Virus record (IMG/VR): IMGVR_UViG_3300031722_000011 | Location: 1 to 64,000 of that record | From: a virus | Length of the DNA stretch: 64,000 bases | Reading direction: 5' to 3' (one strand) | Shown: piece after piece, positions 57,757-64,000 of the stretch | Position numbering within the stretch: position 1 is the first letter of the stretch | Layout: the number at the start of each line of letters is the position of its first letter | Notes under the pieces: generated by a model | What the model was told of the DNA's origin: nothing | The model's input: only the letters and a program-made list of their open reading frames with translations | Database searches by the model: none | Position numbers and translations under genes: made by a program

Positions 57757-60700
57757 ATGGCAGGACAATATAAAAATTCAATTAGCTTAGGTATAAAATT
57801 ACAACCTACTAGTGAGGTACAAATAGAATTAAAAACTGCAATAGAACAATTGAATAAAAATTCCAGTATAGATTTAAAAATAGATACAACACAAATAAAT
57901 CAATCTTTAAAAGATTTTTCAAGTACTTTAATGAATGTTGGAGATCAATTAAAATCACATTTTAATATGCATGGTGTAAGTGATGAGATTGATATGTTAC
58001 AAAAAAAGATTACAAAAGTCAAAGGAAGTTCCTTAGATATTGGAGATGGTTCAAAGGGATTTGATGAACTTCAACAACGTGCTAAGGTAATTAGGGAAAC
58101 TGTTGATGAATTAGCTAAAATCAGTTTTAATACAACAAAAAGTGGTTCAGTTAAAGACGCAAGTATTACGTATACTGATAATATGGGAAAACTTGTAACC
58201 GAAACGATGAAATGGAAAAATGTTTCTGGAGATGCTGAAAATGAAGTTAAAAGAGTATTTACTACTACTAATATAGCAGTTAGTGAAAATATTAAAACAT
58301 TAGAAAATTATAAGCAAAAACTAGAAGAAACTAAATCTAAAATGCAATCTAGTTTGAATACATTATCAAGTAATTCAAAAAACAGTAATAATCTTAATGG
58401 GTTCATAGATGAATCTGTAATAAAAAGTATACAGTCACGATTGAATTCTATTAATACAAATACTGCCGATAGTGAGATTAAGGAATTACAAAATACTATT
58501 AAAAACTTAGGTAGTAGTGAGTCACAAATAGTAAGAGTTCAAAATGCAATATTGAAGCTAGAAAATGGATTGACTAACCTACGTGGAAAATATTCTGGAT
58601 TAGTGGGGGACTCAAGTTCTAAGGCTGAATTGTCAAATTATATTTCTCAAATAGAAAATCTTAAAAAGGTATTATCTAGTTTAAATAATGGAGATAGTTT
58701 GAATGGAGCTAAAATATCTCAAGAAATAGGAAAAGGAACTAATGCTAGTAGAGAATTAAGTACGGCAGTTAAAAACTCATCCAATGCACTTAAGCTTGCA
58801 ACTACAGACAGTGAATCATTTGGACAAAGCATAAGAAGAACCCTAAGCAATGCAGGCATTTACATGGGAACTTATCAAGCTATAAACATGATTACTAGTG
58901 CTTTAAAAGATGGTATAAAAAATATAATAGACATAGATACACAAATGCGTGATTTAGCTAAGGTTAGTAGTGCAACTACAGAACAACTATCAAAGTTTTC
59001 ACAAGTAGCAAATAAAATAGCAATAAATGTTGGAACTTCTACTGAATCTGTAATATCTGCTACAACTTATTATAGCAAACTAGGATATTCTATAGAAGAA
59101 GCAAGCAAACGTGCAGAAAAAGCTAGTATATTTGCAAATGTTGCAGATATGGGAATAGATGATGCGTCAAAGGCTTTAATAACTATTCAAAAGGGTTTTG
59201 ATTTAAATAGTTTAGAAGATATGAATAGAGTAATGGACGTAGCAAATGCAGTAGGAAATAACTATTCATCAACTTCTCAAAATGTTGCCGAAGGTTTAAG
59301 GCGTATGGGTAATGCTATGAAAGAAGCAGGAAATAGTTATGAGCAATCAGTAGGTTTATTTGTAGCTGGTAATGCTTCGGTTCAAGATGCTGAAGTTGTA
59401 GGAAATGCCATCAAAACAATAACTATGAGATTACGTGGAATGAAGACCGAAATAGATGAAACAGGCATCCCTGCAACCAAATTAAGACAAGCAATTAAAG
59501 ATGTGACAGCAACAACTGGGCAAGAAATTGATATTATGAAGGATGATAATACATTCAAATCTACTTATCAACAAATGACTGAATTATCGCAAGTTTATCC
59601 AAAATTAACAGATGCTCAAAGGTCTTATTTACAATATGTAATTGCTGGTCAAAGGCAAGGAAATATTTTTAGTGGTATGATGACTAACATGAAAGAAGGA
59701 ACAGACGCTTACACGACTGCATTGAACTCAAATGGATCAGCTATGCGTGAACAACAAATTTTTATGAATAGTATTGAAGGTAAACTAAACAAATTAAAAG
59801 AAACATTTAAGCAATTTTGGGTATCAACGATATCAAGTGATTCTGTAAAAAATATGGTTGATGGATTAACTAGTGTAGTTTCAATTTTTGGGAATTTGCC
59901 CAGTATTGTAGGACTTGCAACTACTGCTTTTTTAATATTCAAAGGACAAGCAATAATAGGTGCTATTAGTGGATTAATGCAATATGCCACAACATTAACT
60001 TCAGTTATATCAAGAGTAGGTTTAATGAAAATTGCAATTGGCGAATTAAGCATTGCTATGTCTACGAATCCTTTTGGTTTATTAGCAATAGGTATAACTA
60101 CAGCAGTTATTGCATTAGATTTATTTGGAACATCTACAGAACAAGCTAAACAAAAAAATGAAGAATTATTAAAAAGTATTCAACAAAGTAAAACTGATAT
60201 TAGTTCATTGGAACAATTAAAAACCCAATATGAAAATTTAAATAAAGAATTAGATAATGGAAGTCTTTCTACGGAACAAGCAAAGCAAAAGAAACAAGAA
60301 TTATCAGGAGTATATCAAAAATTAATCCAACTAGCACCAGAATTAGAAGGTTTATTGAACAGTGAAAGTGAAGATTACAAAAATCAATCAAAAGCTATTC
60401 AAAATATAATTGATTTAAAAAAACAAGAAATGGCTTTGAAGTCTGAAAAATATTTTGATGATAATAGTATCAGTGATAAAACCATACAACAAAAAATAGA
60501 ACAAATGAAGAGATATAGACAAATGATGGAGTCTAATGCGAAATACGCAACGATGTCTGATGAAGAATTAAAAAATAATAATGCACTTGGTTGGAGTAGT
60601 GGAGATACTGTCAGGGATCAAAATAAACATTCAGAATTACAGAATAAACAGAAACTTATGGATATAAATCAAGAATTACAAACCATTATGACAAATTATA

Positions 60701-63700
60701 ATACTCTCAATGGTATGGGTTTAAAAAGTCCAATAAGTAATGAAATGATTAATAGTATAAAAGAAGCATCATCAAGCATGGATGTTTATGGTAAAGAAAT
60801 AAAAACTACATCATCAAATGCTAATAGTAATACTAAATTAGTTTCTGAGGCTATGAATCAAATAAGACAGGGTTCTTCGGTAAGTTCGGAAACTATTAGT
60901 AAAATATCACAATCGTATCCTAACTTAGGTATAAATGCAAGTAATGCAAAGCAAAAAATTCAAGAATTAAATAAAGCAATTTCTGATACCCCAAGTGTAG
61001 ATGACCAAACAAATAAAGAACAAGAAAATGCAAATGCTATAGCAAATGCTACTAAAGAATATGGAAAATCTACAGAAGCAATTGCCAAAATGCAAGGATA
61101 TCTTGATAAAATTAATAAAACACATTCGTTAACACCGACTCTTGTTACACAAATCTCTAAGGCTTATCCTGAATTAGCGAGTCAAGTTGGAAATGTAACA
61201 CAACTTGAAGAGTCGTTAAAACAAAAGATACAAGAACAAGCAGATTCTCAGTTGGCTAACTATGAAATCATGATGGGATCAGACCAAGAATTTTATTCAC
61301 AAAAAATAAAAAACAATCAAAGCTTTGAAGATTCGCTTAATGCATTTCTAAATTCATTTGTGACTAATAGTGAAGATGCTTACAATATTGACACAAATAA
61401 TTACAAAACACTAAATGAACTTAAGCAAGGCATTCAGGGAGATTTTGGCGAATCGATTAATCAATGGCTTAGTCAGTATGTTGATACATCTGTAAAAGGA
61501 TATTCTATTGATCTAAGTAATTTTAAAAGTTTAGCAGATGCGAAACAAGGTATATTAAAAATACTTAAAGGTGAAATGGATAAACTTAATCAAGCTATGG
61601 CGACTATGACTAAAAATATAGCAGACCAAGCCAAAGCTATAGATAATGCTAAAAGTAGTGATGTTAACTCTCTAAATTCAGAAAAGCTATATGGTAAAGA
61701 TATTCAAGCGTTAGAAAGTTTAGCTGATAAACAAAAACAAGTACAAGGTGGAATTAATGATTTTAATGCTAGTTTTGATAAGTTCGGAATAGCTGAAAAA
61801 GGTCTTAGTGGTGGAAGTATAGGTAATGGTGGGACTGGAACACCAGCTAAAGACACCTCGAAAGCAGATGCTAAAAAAGCAGAAAAAGAACTTGAAGATT
61901 CTGAAAAGAAAATGATTGATAATATCACTGATGCTTATAATAAAGCAAAAGATATCATATCGAATGATATTGAAGAAATAGATGCTAAAATAACTGGATT
62001 AGGTGATATAGATGATTCTAATTTTACTCAAAAAGTTTCACTTGTAAATGATAAAATAGGTGAACAAAAGAAAATAGTAGATGAAGCTGATAAACAGTTA
62101 CAAGCTTTAAAAAACACAACAGTAACTACAGCAGATGCACAAGAAAGTCTAGAAAATGCGACACTTAAAGCATCGAAAGAATTACGGCAAGAAAGTTTAG
62201 AAGTAGCAAAACTTCAATCAGAAATCGAAAAAACTGATATTGATGAATTAAAGAAGATGTATGAAGACCAAAAGAGCATTGAAACTGAAACTTTAGAAGC
62301 TAATCAAAAAGCACAAACAGATAAAATAGAATCTATTAAGCAAGCACAAGAAGATGCACATAACCAAATAATGAATGATTATGAAGATGAATTAACTGCT
62401 TTAGATAACAAATCTAAGAAATTAGATGAAGATAATGACAAAATAGAAAGAGCTAATGAATTAGAAAAAGAGAAAAATGATTTATTAGAGAAGCAAAAAG
62501 AGTTAAGTAACTTAGAATCACAAAAGACTGTAAAAACTTTAAAACAGGATAGTTCAGGGGCATGGTCATATGTAGGTGAAGTAGACACTACTGCTATAGC
62601 AACTAAACAAAAAGAAGTTACAGAAGCTCAAAAAACTCTCGATGATACAAATAGAAAAAATGCTTTAGATGATGCAAAAAAAGAAATAGAAGATAAAAAA
62701 ACTGTTATTGAAGCAGAAAAAACAGCAGAAGATGACTTGTATAAAAAGAAAAAAGAATATTTAGATAAGTATTCAGATGATTTGAAAGAATCACAAGATA
62801 GAGATACGAAGCGTCTCGAGAATAATTATTCCGACATTGAAAAAATGGCAAAAGATACATTAAAAAAATTAGAAGAAGAACACAATAATGATTGGAATGC
62901 TATTTCAGATTCAATTTCGCTTACATTAACTAGAACTAAGAAAGCATTAGAAGACTTAACTACATTAAGAGCCAATTTTACAACATCAGAAGCAAATGAT
63001 GCTATTAATAGTGGAGATGTATCAGGATATGTAACAAAAAATAAGGATAAAATGAATCTAAAAGCAAATGTAGATGAAAGTGACATAGATGCTCATTTAA
63101 GTGCTATTAGTGATAATGCAGATGAGGCTACTACTTCAATTACCATATTAAATAAAACCTATGATGAGTTATTATCTAAGAAAAGTATTAGTAATATAAC
63201 CGAAGCTGATATTAATGATAAAAAAGTACAAGTTCAAAAAACGGTGGATATAGACAATGAGGGCTTAACTAATACTCTAAATAATTTAAAAACTATTAAT
63301 GCTACAATTGAAGCAGAAATAGATTCTCACTATGCAAAATTACTTGATAAACAAAATATATCGCAACAAAGTGAAATGGACAGTTTAAAGGTTTTTGCAG
63401 AAGAATATACTACTTATTATAATAAATTTTTAGAATTAGTACAAACAGTTAATGACTTTAGGTTTAATAATATTGTAGTTAATGTGCAAAGTTCAGTAGA
63501 TAATGTATTACAAGGATTAGAAGTTATTGCAAAAGCTTATGAAAAATATGCTAAAGCCTATAATATTATGCATCCAAAAGACAAGATTTCATCCAGCGTA
63601 GATATATCAGATGTGCAAAGTGCAAATAATACATATAAGCAATCTGTAACAGGCTATCAAGCTAATGTATTAGCATCTTATTCAACAGAGTCATTTGAAA

Positions 63701-63948
63701 AATATGCAAGTCAAATAGGAAGTGGTATAGGAGATAGTATAGTTAGTAAATTAAATAGTTATTCTTCTTCAACTGGTGTTTCAACAAGTACTAGTAACTC
63801 CACAACTAATAATAGCAATAAGTCAACAACAAGTAGTACAAGCATTGTAATAAACGGAGTAACTGTGAATGCAGATAATGCAGAAGATTTCCTAAGTAGT
63901 TTATTAACAAAAGCAAAGCAAACAAGTGTATTAAAATCAATAAATTAA
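57757..63948 (+). CDS. tail tape measure protein (TP901-type core)
   Basis: 2063 aa, coiled coils, IDTQMRDLAKVS..VGNAIKTITMRL core, central hydrophobic segment. Confidence 0.92.
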   Translation: MAGQYKNSISLGIKLQPTSEVQIELKTAIEQLNKNSSIDLKIDTTQINQSLKDFSSTLMNVGDQLKSHFNMHGVSDEIDMLQKKITKVKGSSLDIGDGSKGFDELQQRAKVIRETVDELAKISFNTTKSGSVKDASITYTDNMGKLVTETMKWKNVSGDAENEVKRVFTTTNIAVSENIKTLENYKQKLEETKSKMQSSLNTLSSNSKNSNNLNGFIDESVIKSIQSRLNSINTNTADSEIKELQNTIKNLGSSESQIVRVQNAILKLENGLTNLRGKYSGLVGDSSSKAELSNYISQIENLKKVLSSLNNGDSLNGAKISQEIGKGTNASRELSTAVKNSSNALKLATTDSESFGQSIRRTLSNAGIYMGTYQAINMITSALKDGIKNIIDIDTQMRDLAKVSSATTEQLSKFSQVANKIAINVGTSTESVISATTYYSKLGYSIEEASKRAEKASIFANVADMGIDDASKALITIQKGFDLNSLEDMNRVMDVANAVGNNYSSTSQNVAEGLRRMGNAMKEAGNSYEQSVGLFVAGNASVQDAEVVGNAIKTITMRLRGMKTEIDETGIPATKLRQAIKDVTATTGQEIDIMKDDNTFKSTYQQMTELSQVYPKLTDAQRSYLQYVIAGQRQGNIFSGMMTNMKEGTDAYTTALNSNGSAMREQQIFMNSIEGKLNKLKETFKQFWVSTISSDSVKNMVDGLTSVVSIFGNLPSIVGLATTAFLIFKGQAIIGAISGLMQYATTLTSVISRVGLMKIAIGELSIAMSTNPFGLLAIGITTAVIALDLFGTSTEQAKQKNEELLKSIQQSKTDISSLEQLKTQYENLNKELDNGSLSTEQAKQKKQELSGVYQKLIQLAPELEGLLNSESEDYKNQSKAIQNIIDLKKQEMALKSEKYFDDNSISDKTIQQKIEQMKRYRQMMESNAKYATMSDEELKNNNALGWSSGDTVRDQNKHSELQNKQKLMDINQELQTIMTNYNTLNGMGLKSPISNEMINSIKEASSSMDVYGKEIKTTSSNANSNTKLVSEAMNQIRQGSSVSSETISKISQSYPNLGINASNAKQKIQELNKAISDTPSVDDQTNKEQENANAIANATKEYGKSTEAIAKMQGYLDKINKTHSLTPTLVTQISKAYPELASQVGNVTQLEESLKQKIQEQADSQLANYEIMMGSDQEFYSQKIKNNQSFEDSLNAFLNSFVTNSEDAYNIDTNNYKTLNELKQGIQGDFGESINQWLSQYVDTSVKGYSIDLSNFKSLADAKQGILKILKGEMDKLNQAMATMTKNIADQAKAIDNAKSSDVNSLNSEKLYGKDIQALESLADKQKQVQGGINDFNASFDKFGIAEKGLSGGSIGNGGTGTPAKDTSKADAKKAEKELEDSEKKMIDNITDAYNKAKDIISNDIEEIDAKITGLGDIDDSNFTQKVSLVNDKIGEQKKIVDEADKQLQALKNTTVTTADAQESLENATLKASKELRQESLEVAKLQSEIEKTDIDELKKMYEDQKSIETETLEANQKAQTDKIESIKQAQEDAHNQIMNDYEDELTALDNKSKKLDEDNDKIERANELEKEKNDLLEKQKELSNLESQKTVKTLKQDSSGAWSYVGEVDTTAIATKQKEVTEAQKTLDDTNRKNALDDAKKEIEDKKTVIEAEKTAEDDLYKKKKEYLDKYSDDLKESQDRDTKRLENNYSDIEKMAKDTLKKLEEEHNNDWNAISDSISLTLTRTKKALEDLTTLRANFTTSEANDAINSGDVSGYVTKNKDKMNLKANVDESDIDAHLSAISDNADEATTSITILNKTYDELLSKKSISNITEADINDKKVQVQKTVDIDNEGLTNTLNNLKTINATIEAEIDSHYAKLLDKQNISQQSEMDSLKVFAEEYTTYYNKFLELVQTVNDFRFNNIVVNVQSSVDNVLQGLEVIAKAYEKYAKAYNIMHPKDKISSSVDISDVQSANNTYKQSVTGYQANVLASYSTESFEKYASQIGSGIGDSIVSKLNSYSSSTGVSTSTSNSTTNNSNKSTTSSTSIVINGVTVNADNAEDFLSSLLTKAKQTSVLKSIN

Positions 63949-64000
63949 ATAATAGAGATACTAGATAATATTTTAGTATCTCTTACTCTATAAGGAGGAA

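Noticed and set aside
57660-57760. Tail chaperone G/GT-type -1 frameshift
   Set aside because: No downstream overlapping ORF; a terminator-like hairpin and the tape measure RBS follow directly.
1957-63086. Many ORF-track entries antisense to long genes (e.g. 1957-2316, 4024-4332, 19467-19766, 39733-40092, 59709-60053)
   Set aside because: Shadow ORFs opposite well-supported genes, without RBS or motifs.

Overview
A very AT-rich segment of a large temperate siphovirus or phage-plasmid with SPbeta/c-st-like gene order. The host is probably a Clostridium of the beijerinckii group, inferred from a cell-wall-repeat moron. From left to right: a minus-strand accessory block (RNase H1 N-domain/RHH fusion, FtsK plus replication-relaxation module); a type III partition system (tubZ-tubR-centromere-tubY); two candidate replicons with iterons; a YonO-like single-subunit RNA polymerase split by a +1 frameshift exactly at its catalytic Asp motif; an HU / beta-CASP RNase / phosphoesterase / ClpP block containing an unannotated ~355-nt highly structured RNA; and the terminase-portal-capsid-tail operon, interrupted by a moron region (antirepressor, three type I TA-like modules, cell-wall-binding protein) and ending in the tape measure gene. 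The most striking unexplained signals are (i) a family of cloverleaf leader RNAs in front of three free-standing endonuclease genes and the antirepressor, whose loop co-varies with two downstream target copies, one on the RBS/start; and (ii) the large structured RNA, which carries a 10-nt segment complementary to the frameshifted catalytic codons of the RNA polymerase mRNA. All calls were made by eye without database searches. Two single-base frameshifts and an 89-bp triplication could also be assembly errors.
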